A stretch of DNA of 49,257 nucleotides from Ferruginibacter sp. (GCA_031385805.1 JANNBU010000375.1:1-49257), one strand, 5' to 3'; positions 37,135-46,839 are shown, counted from the first letter of the stretch. The notes: generated by a model not told the origin, from the sequence alone. Made by a program: numbers and translations.

Positions 37135-38364
37135 ATGAAAAATAAGATTTTTGTTCAAAAATTAAACTTACTTAAGAAAATTTCGGTATTCGGCAAGAGT
37201 AATACAAAGTTTGGAGAAGGGGTTGGCATTGTCATGTCCGGTTACGGAAAAAATGCCGTCTCTTTTTTTCCCATGTCCAATGTTAGGATTTTTAAAGAAA
37301 ATGTGGATTTTTTATATAATAGTGAAATCAAAATTTCAGATAGCTTTTCACATAAAATCTTTCAAAAGAAGCTAATCGGTTTATTGAAGAAAATACATAG
37401 TGAAGATCGCGACTTTAAAGAAAAAGACTGGGATGAATTCAAAACTGATTTATATAACCTGCCTGAAGAATCGTTTCGAATATTTGCACCAATATATGGT
37501 ATCACAATGGATAAAGCAACATTTTCGCTAGGCGATTTTACAATTTATAATCCTAAATATTTTAAAGATCAATTAGTAGTTGAGTATCCAAAAATTGTAA
37601 AACTCATAAATGAGCATGTAAAATTTGATGATAATTATAAGATTTCCGTTGACGTAGTTGCAAAGGATATGGAAAAATGTTATGAGCTAGGCTTTAAAGC
37701 ATTTAATAGTTTTGAAAATGTAGCAAATTTTACGATGGCAACTTTTCATAAGACAAAAAGAGTTGGGATATTTAACTACTCCAAGTTCATCAATTTTGAG
37801 TGTTTTATGCTTAACGCAAAAATGGTAAATAGGTCGAGCGTTATTTTAGAACACTTTGAGGAAGTTAAAATTGATGATTTTAAATTAATAAGTACGGAAA
37901 ATGACAATGATATTATTTGGAAATTAATTACTTCCAATAAAAACCAAATTGAACAAAGAATTTTAAATTCAATTGAGTGGTGTGGTAAAGCCTTAATTGA
38001 AGTAGATGATTCTAAGGCACTTCTTCAATACATTATAGCTATTGAATCACTATTGCAATATGATGAAGGTAAATTTATTGTTCCTTCAATAGTAAGTCAG
38101 TCATGTGATACAATAGCCTTTTTGCTTGGTGAAACTTATAAAGATCGAATTTACTATTCAACTGAAATGAAAAAACTCTATCAAATTCGCTCATCAATTA
38201 CTCATAGTGGTAAAGGCAAAATAACTAGTTTGACTTTACATACTGCTCATGTTTTTTGCTATAAAATTATTAAGAAATTAATCGGAACTGAGCCTTTCAA
38301 TAAATTTCAAAACAAAGATGAATTATATGATTATTTACACAATTTGAAGTATGGCCAATCATAG
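37135..38364 (+). CDS. HEPN-domain protein (ApeA-like), AT-rich
   Basis: C-terminal LLQYIIAIESLL...TIAFLLG...KKLYQIRSSITHSG with Rx4H motif; visibly more AT-rich than its flanks. Confidence 0.75.
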   Translation: MKNKIFVQKLNLLKKISVFGKSNTKFGEGVGIVMSGYGKNAVSFFPMSNVRIFKENVDFLYNSEIKISDSFSHKIFQKKLIGLLKKIHSEDRDFKEKDWDEFKTDLYNLPEESFRIFAPIYGITMDKATFSLGDFTIYNPKYFKDQLVVEYPKIVKLINEHVKFDDNYKISVDVVAKDMEKCYELGFKAFNSFENVANFTMATFHKTKRVGIFNYSKFINFECFMLNAKMVNRSSVILEHFEEVKIDDFKLISTENDNDIIWKLITSNKNQIEQRILNSIEWCGKALIEVDDSKALLQYIIAIESLLQYDEGKFIVPSIVSQSCDTIAFLLGETYKDRIYYSTEMKKLYQIRSSITHSGKGKITSLTLHTAHVFCYKIIKKLIGTEPFNKFQNKDELYDYLHNLKYGQS

Positions 38365-38368
38365 TTTC

Positions 38369-38492
38369 GGCCTGCAGCTAACAAAGGCATTTGTCGTCCC
38401 ACTCTAGGCGGAGGGCTAACAGTTATACTTTCAGTATTATTTCACAACCAATCTTCAGTAATCAATTTGACCACACCTGCAGCAGCCAATAC
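38369..38492 (+). repeat. Degenerate attC-like site downstream of the HEPN gene
   Basis: GGCCTGCAGCTAACAA starts 4 nt after the stop; downstream CCTGCAGCAGCC arm remnant. Confidence 0.5.
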
Positions 38493-38557
38493 AAATGCAG
38501 CGCTTTACCAAACTTAGTTGCCTATAACCCGATCTATACAATGGAAAAATAAAAATC

Positions 38558-39241
38558 ATGAACGAAACAAGACAACGACTGATCCTTGCCGAACAAAAAG
38601 CAAAAGAATTATTTAAAGCTGTTGAAGACAGGGAATTAATAATTCCCGGGAAATCAGAAAAGCAACTAAGCGATGAAATTGTACAAATTGCCAAAGAAGA
38701 TTTTGGTACAGAAACCCATTGGGGCAAAAAAATTGTAAGAACAGGTATTAATACGTTGCAACCTTATGTTGCAGATCCGCCGGACCTGGTTATTCAAAAC
38801 GGTGATATACTGTTCTTCGATTTTCATCCTGTTTTTGAAGGTTGGGAAGCAGACCTTGGAAGAACTTATGTTTTAGGCAATGATCCTTTGAAACTAAAAA
38901 TAAAAAAAGATGTAGAAGCAGCCTGGCATGAAGGGAACGCCTGGTATTTTCAACAAAATAAACTTACAGGTGCAGCATTTTTTTATTACGCCACAGACCT
39001 TGCAAAACGATATGGATACGAATTTGGAAACGTTATTGCCGGACACATTATAGGTAATTTTCCACACGAACAACCCGATGACCCAAATGATCTGTGCCTG
39101 GACGTACATCCCGACAATCATAATGACATACTTCAATCAGACAAACATGGAAATAAAAGGCATTGGATGCTGGAACTACATTTTGTAGATAGAAAAAATA
39201 AAATTGGCGCTTTCTTCGAGCAATTATTAAAAGAAGAATAA
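38558..39241 (+). CDS. M24 family metallopeptidase (single domain)
   Basis: GDILFFD...EADLGRT, AGH.IG.FPHE, LE.H, FFE metal ligands. Confidence 0.85.
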   Translation: MNETRQRLILAEQKAKELFKAVEDRELIIPGKSEKQLSDEIVQIAKEDFGTETHWGKKIVRTGINTLQPYVADPPDLVIQNGDILFFDFHPVFEGWEADLGRTYVLGNDPLKLKIKKDVEAAWHEGNAWYFQQNKLTGAAFFYYATDLAKRYGYEFGNVIAGHIIGNFPHEQPDDPNDLCLDVHPDNHNDILQSDKHGNKRHWMLELHFVDRKNKIGAFFEQLLKEE

Positions 39242-39246
39242 AACAA

Positions 39247-39394
39247 CGAACCGCAAACATAGTATTTCGCCTAAGCCGGGACGTAAACACCCTGCGTTAC
39301 TGACAATGTTTTCGGGCTTTACATTATTCAATGTTGACATTACTATAACATTGGGGCTTAAAAAATTTCCCGTCCCACGCTGGAGGCGAATACT
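39247..39394 (+). repeat. attC-like long imperfect hairpin downstream of the M24 gene
   Basis: GAACCGCAAAC then AGTATTTCGCCTAAGCCGGGACG (39261-39283) pairing with CGTCCCACGCTGGAGGCGAATACT (39371-39394), with bulged bases. Confidence 0.6.
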
Positions 39395-39598
39395 CATATT
39401 CTCAGCATTACCCCGCTATTTTTCATTAGTCATCCGCCTGACCGATTTACAATTATAATTTAATTTCAAGTAAATATTTCGTTCCTTTAGTGAGCATCGG
39501 CACCGGGCGGATCCTTCATATTTCAGGACAGGCTCCGCATCAAATTCCCAAACTGATACAATGCAAACATCAAACAGTCGACAAAAAAAATTTACATT

Positions 39599-39979
39599 AT
39601 GACAGAAGTACAAAAATTATTACCAAAATGGATACTTATCGTATCAGGACTTTTTGCATTACTTGAAATTATAGTAAGTATATCATTATGCATTTCACCG
39701 CAATCAGTTTTGGAGACAGTTGACCTTAACGCAAAAGGCGTTGACTACTTAATTTATATGTGGGCTTCCCGACAATTTGCCCTTGGTTTCATCTTTGGTT
39801 TTGCGACATTTAAAAAATCAATCCCTATGCTGACAATTGCATATATTTTCTTTTTAGTAATGATGGTTGGCGATTTCTTTATTGGAATTTCACAAAAAGA
39901 GAATTCACTTATCATTAGTGCTTTAGTAATGTGCATTATTTGTTCAGCAATGATATTTGCAATAAATAAAAGGAAATAA
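39599..39979 (+). CDS. Small four-TM membrane protein (DUF4267-like)
   Basis: Four hydrophobic helices; WASRQFALG. Confidence 0.7.
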   Translation: MTEVQKLLPKWILIVSGLFALLEIIVSISLCISPQSVLETVDLNAKGVDYLIYMWASRQFALGFIFGFATFKKSIPMLTIAYIFFLVMMVGDFFIGISQKENSLIISALVMCIICSAMIFAINKRK

Positions 39980-40042
39980 TATTTGAGTATGACAGCAACA
40001 TTCTTTCGCTGATGGCGGTCTTACCTATCCCGGCACGCCCTC

Positions 40043-40099
40043 GCCTGGTTTCCGACCAACGAGTTGCTCAATCTAAACACTGTTGGACGAAGACCAGGC
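40043..40099. repeat. REP-like inverted repeat between convergent genes
   Basis: GCCTGGTTTCCGACCAAC / GTTGGACGAAGACCAGGC, 15/18 complementary. Confidence 0.65.
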
Positions 40100-40115
40100 A
40101 GCAGCGAAAAATTAT

Positions 40116-40595
40116 TTATTGAACCTCCGTTATAGTCACTTTCATACTTCCTTCAGTTATTGCTTTATCAATCGTTCCGTTATTACCGGTAAAATTAAAT
40201 GTAGCTTCTATTTTTTTAGAAACCGTATCGCAAAGCGTAAGATTCAGTGTACCTGATGTTGAATTATAATAATCAATTGGAAAGCTAATTCCGGATTTAT
40301 ATGTAAGCCATGAATTGGTAAATGTACCATCCGCATTATAGCTCCCTGCTGTTGGTTTAAAATGGAATTCAAGCACTTCAATTCCTCCTTTATACGCAAA
40401 CACATCTATCATGCGGTTAAATGGAGCAATCCCCAAAGTATACAAAACAGCATGTGCCGAGTCAATGGTACCAGCTGTACCATCTACTTTGTAGGAAAAA
40501 CTTGTAGTGTTATTTGCCGCATTTTCCGCAGCATCTTTTTTACATGCAAAAAGTAATGTTGTTGCTGTAACTGATAATAAGATCAATTTTTTCAT
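40116..40595 (-). CDS. Hypothetical lipoprotein
   Basis: Lipobox LFAC-KKD; beta-rich with ATFNF...ITEG.M ending; TACTTTTG -7 box at 40613-40620 on the minus strand. Confidence 0.75.
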   Translation of the reverse strand: MKKLILLSVTATTLLFACKKDAAENAANNTTSFSYKVDGTAGTIDSAHAVLYTLGIAPFNRMIDVFAYKGGIEVLEFHFKPTAGSYNADGTFTNSWLTYKSGISFPIDYYNSTSGTLNLTLCDTVSKKIEATFNFTGNNGTIDKAITEGSMKVTITEVQ

Positions 40596-40695
40596 TTTAT
40601 ATTTGTTTTGTACAAAAGTATATGGCTGAAAAATGAATGTAAATACTCGCTAGTGAGTATATTACAGGAAGCTGGCAACGAAGACATACAACACT

Positions 40696-41505
40696 ATGAC
40701 AGAAAGAATGATCGGCATCATGGGCGCAATACCCGAAGAAATAAACGGGGTTGTTTTACTCATGGATGAGCAAAAAGAACATTCATTAGGCATGAGGACC
40801 TATTATACCGGAAAGATCAACGGCATTAAAACAGTTGTTGTATTTTCCAGGTGGGGGAAAGTTGCCGCTGCAGCAACCGTTGTAAGCCTGTTCCTTGAAT
40901 TTAAAATTTCCGAAATTATTTTTACCGGCGTGGCGGGCGGTATAAAGGATCAATTAAAAATTGGTGATATCGTAATTGCAAAAAGGTTGATTCAACATGA
41001 TATGGATGCAAGACCTTTAATAAAGCAATTTGAAATTCCTTTGCTTGAAAAAATATTTTTTGAAAGCCCGGCCACACAGGTTAACATAGCGATCAACGCA
41101 GTGAATGAACTGATAGAAAAAAATCATTTACATACGGTTATTGATACCGGTGAATTAAAAAAATTCGGTATTGAAACTCCACAGCTATTCACAGGCGATA
41201 TTGCCAGTGGCGACAAATTTTTTTCTGCCAAAATTGAAAAAGAGAAATTACTATCAGCCATTCCTTCTATATTATGTGTTGAAATGGAAGGTGCAGCCGT
41301 TGCCCAGGTATGTTATGAATATGGCATCCCTTTTACAATTATAAGAACCATTTCCGATACGGCAGATGAAGGATCTGTAAAAGATTTTCCATTGTTTATA
41401 AAAAAGATATCAGGTATATATTCAGCGGAGATCATTAGAAATATTTACAAACAATTTACAGATGATCCTGCAAGGTTTCAGTCTAATAAAACAGTACAGG
41501 TATAA
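40696..41505 (+). CDS. mtnN: 5'-methylthioadenosine/S-adenosylhomocysteine nucleosidase
   Basis: IGIMGA..EE, GKVAAA, FTGVAGG, QHD.D, SGD.F, VEMEGAAVAQVC, IRTISD.AD. Confidence 0.93.
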   Translation: MTERMIGIMGAIPEEINGVVLLMDEQKEHSLGMRTYYTGKINGIKTVVVFSRWGKVAAAATVVSLFLEFKISEIIFTGVAGGIKDQLKIGDIVIAKRLIQHDMDARPLIKQFEIPLLEKIFFESPATQVNIAINAVNELIEKNHLHTVIDTGELKKFGIETPQLFTGDIASGDKFFSAKIEKEKLLSAIPSILCVEMEGAAVAQVCYEYGIPFTIIRTISDTADEGSVKDFPLFIKKISGIYSAEIIRNIYKQFTDDPARFQSNKTVQV

Positions 41506-41590
41506 ACATTTCACTCCCTCCAAAAAAAATCCCTCTCCCTACCCCACATTATAAATTATAACTGTACTTTTAATCATAAAATTTAAAGTT

Positions 41591-43177
41591 ATGGCATTGC
41601 ATATGGTTGACGATCCGCAGGATCAACAGGATGATTATAATGACAACTCCGGTGGCGGTGGTGGAGGTGGTGGCACAAGACCGGGTGGTGCTGGTGGCTT
41701 ATTGGGATTCCTGCCATTACTATTGGGCCTTTTTGGAGGCAAGGGCGGTGGTGGAAAAGGGATCATTATTTTATTGGTTCTTGCTGGCGGCGCTTATTTT
41801 TTAATGAGTAAGGGTGGATGCAATTCGGCCAGTACCGTTCAAAGCCTGTTCTCACAAAGCGGTTATAATTTCGATCCAAATGAATTTAAAAAAGCAAGTG
41901 TATATGAAGGACTGGAAGATGACAATGGAAAAAATCCTTTGCCAGAATCTGTATCGCTTGCAAATTTTGCACCGCAACGTCTCAACCAGGGGCGCCAGGG
42001 AAGTTGTGTTGCGTGGAGTAGTGCTTATGCGGCACGTACCATTTTAGAATCGAGCAGTACCAGGAGCGATCCAAACCAGATTGCCTATAGCCCCGCTTTC
42101 GTTTATAACAATATTGCCCTCGAAGACTGCCAGGGTTCCTATATCCTGAAAGCCATGGAATTCATGCAGCAACAAGGAGCGGTGCCCATGGAAGATTTTC
42201 AATATGATGAAGCGGATTGCAGCAGGCAGGCAAATAATTCACTTTTACAAAAAGCATCATCAAACAGGATACATGGTTTTAACAGGCTTACAGAAAGTGA
42301 TGATGTAAATGGCATAAGTATCCGGGCCATCAAAGAACACCTGGCAAAAGACGCACCGGTTGTAATAGGCATGATGGTAGGCGGATCTTTTATGCAGCAG
42401 ATGATGGGGCAGAAAGTATGGCACCCTTCGGATGAAGACCGCCAACAGATGGGTTTTGGCGGCCATGCCATGTGTGTAATAGGTTACGACGACCGGGTTG
42501 AAGGCGGCGCTTTCCAGATCATGAACAGCTGGGGGCCCGAGTGGGGGCAAAATGGCCTGGCGTTTGTTCGTTATGGTGACTTCAAAGAATTTGTAAGAGA
42601 AGCTTATGGCCTCGATCCGCTGCAAAAAAGAGGCGCTGCCCTCAATGTTGCTTTAGAATGCAACATTGGCTTGCTCAACAACGATACCAAACAAAATATT
42701 GCACTTCAAACAGGTCAGGGAAATATTTTCAGGACTGTAACACCCATAAAAAAAGGAACTAAATTTAAAATTGAATTGAAAAACGCGGTTGAATGTTATG
42801 CATATATTTTTACCCCCGATTCATCGGGCAAAAGTTTTGTATTGTTTCCGTACAAACCGATACACTCGCCTTATTTCGGCATAACCGGTTACCGCCTTTT
42901 CCCCAGGCGTGAATCGATCCTTGCAGATGCTATCGGCAACAAAGATTTCATGGGCATTGTGGTAAGCAAACAGGCCCTGGATTACAACGCCATCAATACC
43001 GCAATCAACAACAGCTCCAGGCAGGATTATGCAGCAAAGTTTAATGAGGCCGTTGCAGCCAATGTAATCAGGAATGTAAGTTTCAGCAGTGGTTCCAACA
43101 ACAGTATTTATTTTAAAACAGGTGCAGCAGAACCCAATAATATTGTAGCATGTATTGTTGAAATTGATAAACAATAA
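41591..43177 (+). CDS. C1 (papain-like) cysteine peptidase with N-terminal Gly-rich/TM anchor and extra C-terminal domain
   Basis: NQGRQGSCVAW, GGHAM..IGYDD, NSWG..WG. Confidence 0.88.
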   Translation: MALHMVDDPQDQQDDYNDNSGGGGGGGGTRPGGAGGLLGFLPLLLGLFGGKGGGGKGIIILLVLAGGAYFLMSKGGCNSASTVQSLFSQSGYNFDPNEFKKASVYEGLEDDNGKNPLPESVSLANFAPQRLNQGRQGSCVAWSSAYAARTILESSSTRSDPNQIAYSPAFVYNNIALEDCQGSYILKAMEFMQQQGAVPMEDFQYDEADCSRQANNSLLQKASSNRIHGFNRLTESDDVNGISIRAIKEHLAKDAPVVIGMMVGGSFMQQMMGQKVWHPSDEDRQQMGFGGHAMCVIGYDDRVEGGAFQIMNSWGPEWGQNGLAFVRYGDFKEFVREAYGLDPLQKRGAALNVALECNIGLLNNDTKQNIALQTGQGNIFRTVTPIKKGTKFKIELKNAVECYAYIFTPDSSGKSFVLFPYKPIHSPYFGITGYRLFPRRESILADAIGNKDFMGIVVSKQALDYNAINTAINNSSRQDYAAKFNEAVAANVIRNVSFSSGSNNSIYFKTGAAEPNNIVACIVEIDKQ

Positions 43178-43222
43178 TTCTATAGCAAATAGTTTTGCTG
43201 AATTACATTGTTTATTTTTTTT

Positions 43223-43298
43223 ACCGCAGAGAACATGGGTAGTTGAGTTTACGCAGAGATACTCTGCGTAAACTCTATTTTCTTTGCCCCTCTGCGGT
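43223..43298. repeat. CGCAGAG-type nested palindrome
   Basis: Outer ACCGCAGAG/CTCTGCGGT; inner perfect 14-bp stem GAGTTTACGCAGAG-ATA-CTCTGCGTAAACTC. Confidence 0.85.
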
Positions 43299-43336
43299 TA
43301 TTTATTCTTAACAAATCAAAAGATCACATATTTGTC

Positions 43337-43554
43337 AGCAAGGAAAATCAAAACAAAAAAGTAATGGCGGCATATAGATATCCCCAACGTTTTGGTTTCC
43401 CTGTTTTTCTTATATTAAATGAGAACCGCGAACACGTACAAACACAAAACAGCGAATACCTGGAAGTTGGGAAAAAAGCTATGACAAAAATAAAGTGAAA
43501 GATTTCTTAGAAATGTAGATCCCGAAGGTGATGGATGGGAAGATCTATGAGTAG
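43337..43554 (+). pseudogene. 3' remnant of a Bacteroidota thioredoxin-family gene
   Basis: Manual translation SKENQNKKVMAAYRYPQRFGFPVFLILNEN..HVQTQNSEYLE.GK, frameshift in an A-run, then SYDKNKVKDFLEM*IPK; no start codon or CxxC region. Confidence 0.65.
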
Positions 43555-43565
43555 CGAGGTTGAGA

Positions 43566-43774
43566 ACGTTTAAGTCATTTAAAGCGTTTAAGGTTTTTTA
43601 AAATTGAAGTCTATAATATTACGTTTAAAGACTAAAATCGTTTAACTTCATTCCCATTATTTAAACGTCTTAAACGTCTTAAACGTCTTAAACGTCTTAA
43701 ACGTCTTAAACGTCTTAAACGTCTTAAACGTCTTAAACGTCTTAAACGTCTTAAACGTCTTAAACGTCTTAAAC
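43566..43774. repeat. Inverted short-tandem-repeat element with 12 perfect TTAAACGTC copies
   Basis: (TTAAACGTC)x12 + TTAAAC at 43661-43774; degenerate complementary CGTTTAA units at 43566-43645. Confidence 0.95.
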
Positions 43775-43785
43775 CAGTAAACCAA

Positions 43786-44274
43786 ATGCCAATACCTGCT
43801 AACAGTTTCCTCGAACTGGTTCAAAACCCTTTCAAATTCACCTTCTTCCTGCTCACAAAATTGCCGGCTGCTTATTTCAGTGGTGTAAGATTAAAATATA
43901 CAGATGCAGACCAGGCTGTAGTAACGGTACCCTATAAATGGTTTTCAAAGAACCCATTCAAAAGCACTTATTTTGCCTGCCTGAGTATGGCGGCAGAAAT
44001 GAGTACAGGATTACTTGCAATGGCATACACTTACAAAAAAGAACCGGCGATCAGTTTGCTGGTCATTAAAACAGAAGGAACATTTTTAAAAAAAGCAACC
44101 GGTATTACTACTTTCACCTGTGAAGACGGACCTTCATTTCAACAGGCAGTTAATGAAGCGGCGGCATCCGGCAAAAGCACCATGGTAGCTGCAAGAAGTA
44201 CCGGCAAAGACCAATCAGGCGATATAGTAGCAGAATTTGTTATAACCTGGTCATTCAAAGCAAAAAGTTCATAA
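43786..44274 (+). CDS. Hotdog-fold thioesterase-like protein (DUF4442-like)
   Basis: KLP.A..SGVR, NPFKSTYFA..SMAAEMSTG, FLKKATG..TFTC. Confidence 0.8.
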   Translation: MPIPANSFLELVQNPFKFTFFLLTKLPAAYFSGVRLKYTDADQAVVTVPYKWFSKNPFKSTYFACLSMAAEMSTGLLAMAYTYKKEPAISLLVIKTEGTFLKKATGITTFTCEDGPSFQQAVNEAAASGKSTMVAARSTGKDQSGDIVAEFVITWSFKAKSS

Positions 44275-44335
44275 CCTCCATACTTTTAAAAATGCAGGCT
44301 ACTGCTAATTTTGTAAATTGCATACCTAGTTTGGA

Positions 44336-44400
44336 CGTCATTGCGAGGAACGAAGCAATCTTACTCCTACATGCAGATTGCTTCGTTCCTCGCAATGACG
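44336..44400. repeat. Perfect 26-bp-stem palindrome in the maeB leader
   Basis: CGTCATTGCGAGGAACGAAGCAATCT-13 nt-AGATTGCTTCGTTCCTCGCAATGACG; TAATTTTG -7 box upstream at 44306-44313. Confidence 0.92.
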
Positions 44401-44426
44401 AATAACAACAGGACCAAAGAATTAAT

Positions 44427-46769
44427 ATGGCAAAAGAACTTCGCAGACAACAGGCATTAGAATACCACTCCAAAGGAAGGCCGGGAAAAATAGAAGTAGT
44501 TCCTACCAAGGATGCTAAAACCCAACGCGACCTTTCCCTTGCATATTCTCCCGGCGTGGCCGAACCCTGTAAAGAAATTGCCGCAAATCCTGATGACGTT
44601 TATAAATATACAGCCAAAGGAAATTTGGTAGCTGTAATTACAAATGGTACTGCAGTACTTGGGCTCGGTAATATTGGTCCTGCTGCAAGCAAACCCGTTA
44701 TGGAAGGCAAGGGCGTATTGTTTAAAATATTTGCCGACATTGATGTTTTTGACATTGAAGTAAATGAAACGGATCCTGAAAAATTTGTTCAGATCGTAAA
44801 AGCATTAGAGCCAACCTTCGGAGGCATTAATCTCGAAGACATCAAAGCGCCTGAATGTTTTTACATAGAACAGGAATTGAGAGCACAATGTAATATTCCC
44901 GTGATGCATGATGACCAGCATGGTACTGCCATCATTTCTTCAGCAGCATTGTTGAATGCATTGGAAATTCAAAAGAAGAAAATTGACCGGGTAAAGTTTG
45001 TCATCAATGGTGCAGGTGCGGCTGCAATGGCTTGTATCAGGTTATACGCCTCATTGGGTGCAAAGCCTGCAAACTTCATGGTATTTGATAAAGAAGGCAT
45101 CTTATACAAAGGCAGGGAAGATGTGGAACCATTGAAACACCCGTTTTGTGTGGATGCAAAATTCAAAGAGTATACGCTTGCAAAAGCCATGAAAGATGCA
45201 GATGTTTTTGTGGGATTAAGTGTTGGCAATGTGGTTACACCCGAAATGGTGAAATCCATGGCAAAAAATCCCATCGTATTTGCTATGGCGAATCCTGATC
45301 CAGAAATAACTTATGAAGCGGCTATTGCTTCCCGTAAGGATCTTATCATGGCAACCGGCAGAAGTGATTATCCAAACCAGGTAAATAATGTGCTGGGCTT
45401 CCCGTATATTTTTCGGGGCGCATTGGATGTAAGGGCACGCCAGATAAATGAAGCCATGAAACTGGCTGCTGTAAAGGCTTTATCAGAATTGGCCAAATCT
45501 GCTGTGCCCGATATTGTAACGCTTGGATACAATGAAAAAAGCATTTCATTCGGGCCAAATTATATCATTCCAAAACCAATTGATCCACGTTTACTGGCAA
45601 CAGTTGCTCCTGCAGTTGCAAAAGCCGCAATAGAAAGTGGTGTGGCCCGTGTTAATATAGAAGACTGGGATGCTTATGTTATAGAACTGAATAAACGCCT
45701 TGGCTTAGATAACCAGCTTAGCCGTGTTATTGGTAATAAAGCAAGGAGGGATCCGAAAAGAGTTGTTTTTGCAGATGCTGAAAATATAAAAATACTGAAA
45801 GCTGCACAATTGGTGCTGGAAGAAAAAGTAGGTTTCCCGATACTGTTAGGTAATGAAAAAAAGATACAACAGATCGCATTGGAAAATTCTATTGACCTGG
45901 AAGGTATGCCCATCATCAATCCCAAAGATGATGAAACAGAAGAGATGAGAAAACAATTCGGTGAATTGTTTTTTGCAAAAAGACAACGCAAAGGAGTTAA
46001 CAGGTATGAGTCATATAAAGTAATGAAGGACCGCAATCATTTTGGTTGCATGATGGTTGAAACCGGTGAAGCAGATTGTATGATCAGCGGACTTAGCAGG
46101 AATTATCCTGATACCATACGCCCTGCCATTACAATTATCGGTACAGAAGAAGGTGTAAAGAAAATTGCAGGAATGTATTTATTATTTACAAAACGTGGCC
46201 CGTTGTTTCTGGCTGATACAACAGTTAACTTCAATCCTACTGCCGAAGAACTGGCAGAAATCACTTTCTTAGTTGCCAATGAAGTAAAACAGTTTAACAT
46301 TGTTCCAAAAATTGCCATGCTGTCTTATTCAAATTTTGGCAGCAGCGATTCCCCAGAAGCAAATCTTGTACGCAGGGCCAGGGAAATTGTAAAACAAAAA
46401 GAACCTTCATTGATTTGTGACGGCGAGATACAAGGCATTCTGGCCTTCAACAAAGAAATTTTAAAAGAGAATTATCCATTCACAGAATTGATAAACGGGG
46501 AAGTAAATACCCTTATTTTTCCAAACCTGGCTGCAGGGAATATTGCATACAACCTGTTACAGGAAGTAGGCGGTGCAGATAGCATCGGCCCGATATTACT
46601 CGGGTTGAACAAACCGGTACACGTATTGCAACTGGGAAGTTCTATCCGTTCTATCTTTAATATGGTTGTGATCGCAGTAGTAGATGCACAATCCAAAAGC
46701 AAGACCAACACGCAGGAGGAAATGAACAAAAGTAAATGGTGGAAACGCCCGAAAAAAACGATGGCATAG
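44427..46769 (+). CDS. maeB: NADP-dependent malic enzyme fused to a phosphotransacetylase-like domain
   Basis: [57 protein letters not shown]; C-terminal PTA domain. Confidence 0.97.
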   Translation: MAKELRRQQALEYHSKGRPGKIEVVPTKDAKTQRDLSLAYSPGVAEPCKEIAANPDDVYKYTAKGNLVAVITNGTAVLGLGNIGPAASKPVMEGKGVLFKIFADIDVFDIEVNETDPEKFVQIVKALEPTFGGINLEDIKAPECFYIEQELRAQCNIPVMHDDQHGTAIISSAALLNALEIQKKKIDRVKFVINGAGAAAMACIRLYASLGAKPANFMVFDKEGILYKGREDVEPLKHPFCVDAKFKEYTLAKAMKDADVFVGLSVGNVVTPEMVKSMAKNPIVFAMANPDPEITYEAAIASRKDLIMATGRSDYPNQVNNVLGFPYIFRGALDVRARQINEAMKLAAVKALSELAKSAVPDIVTLGYNEKSISFGPNYIIPKPIDPRLLATVAPAVAKAAIESGVARVNIEDWDAYVIELNKRLGLDNQLSRVIGNKARRDPKRVVFADAENIKILKAAQLVLEEKVGFPILLGNEKKIQQIALENSIDLEGMPIINPKDDETEEMRKQFGELFFAKRQRKGVNRYESYKVMKDRNHFGCMMVETGEADCMISGLSRNYPDTIRPAITIIGTEEGVKKIAGMYLLFTKRGPLFLADTTVNFNPTAEELAEITFLVANEVKQFNIVPKIAMLSYSNFGSSDSPEANLVRRAREIVKQKEPSLICDGEIQGILAFNKEILKENYPFTELINGEVNTLIFPNLAAGNIAYNLLQEVGGADSIGPILLGLNKPVHVLQLGSSIRSIFNMVVIAVVDAQSKSKTNTQEEMNKSKWWKRPKKTMA

Positions 46770-46839
46770 AATTAGCGTATACTCGTCTGGCCACTACAGT
46801 ATCCTGACGAGCATACAGCATAAATAGTAAAAACAATCA

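Noticed and set aside
41650-41760. GGT/GGC-rich repeat
   Set aside because: Encodes the Gly-rich N-terminal linker of the C1 peptidase
43661-43774. Possible CRISPR array
   Set aside because: Contiguous 9-nt units with no spacers and no cas genes; a simple tandem repeat
44255-44509. 84-aa minus-strand ORF
   Set aside because: Derived from the palindrome (SLRGTKQS...IASFLAMT) and antisense to maeB
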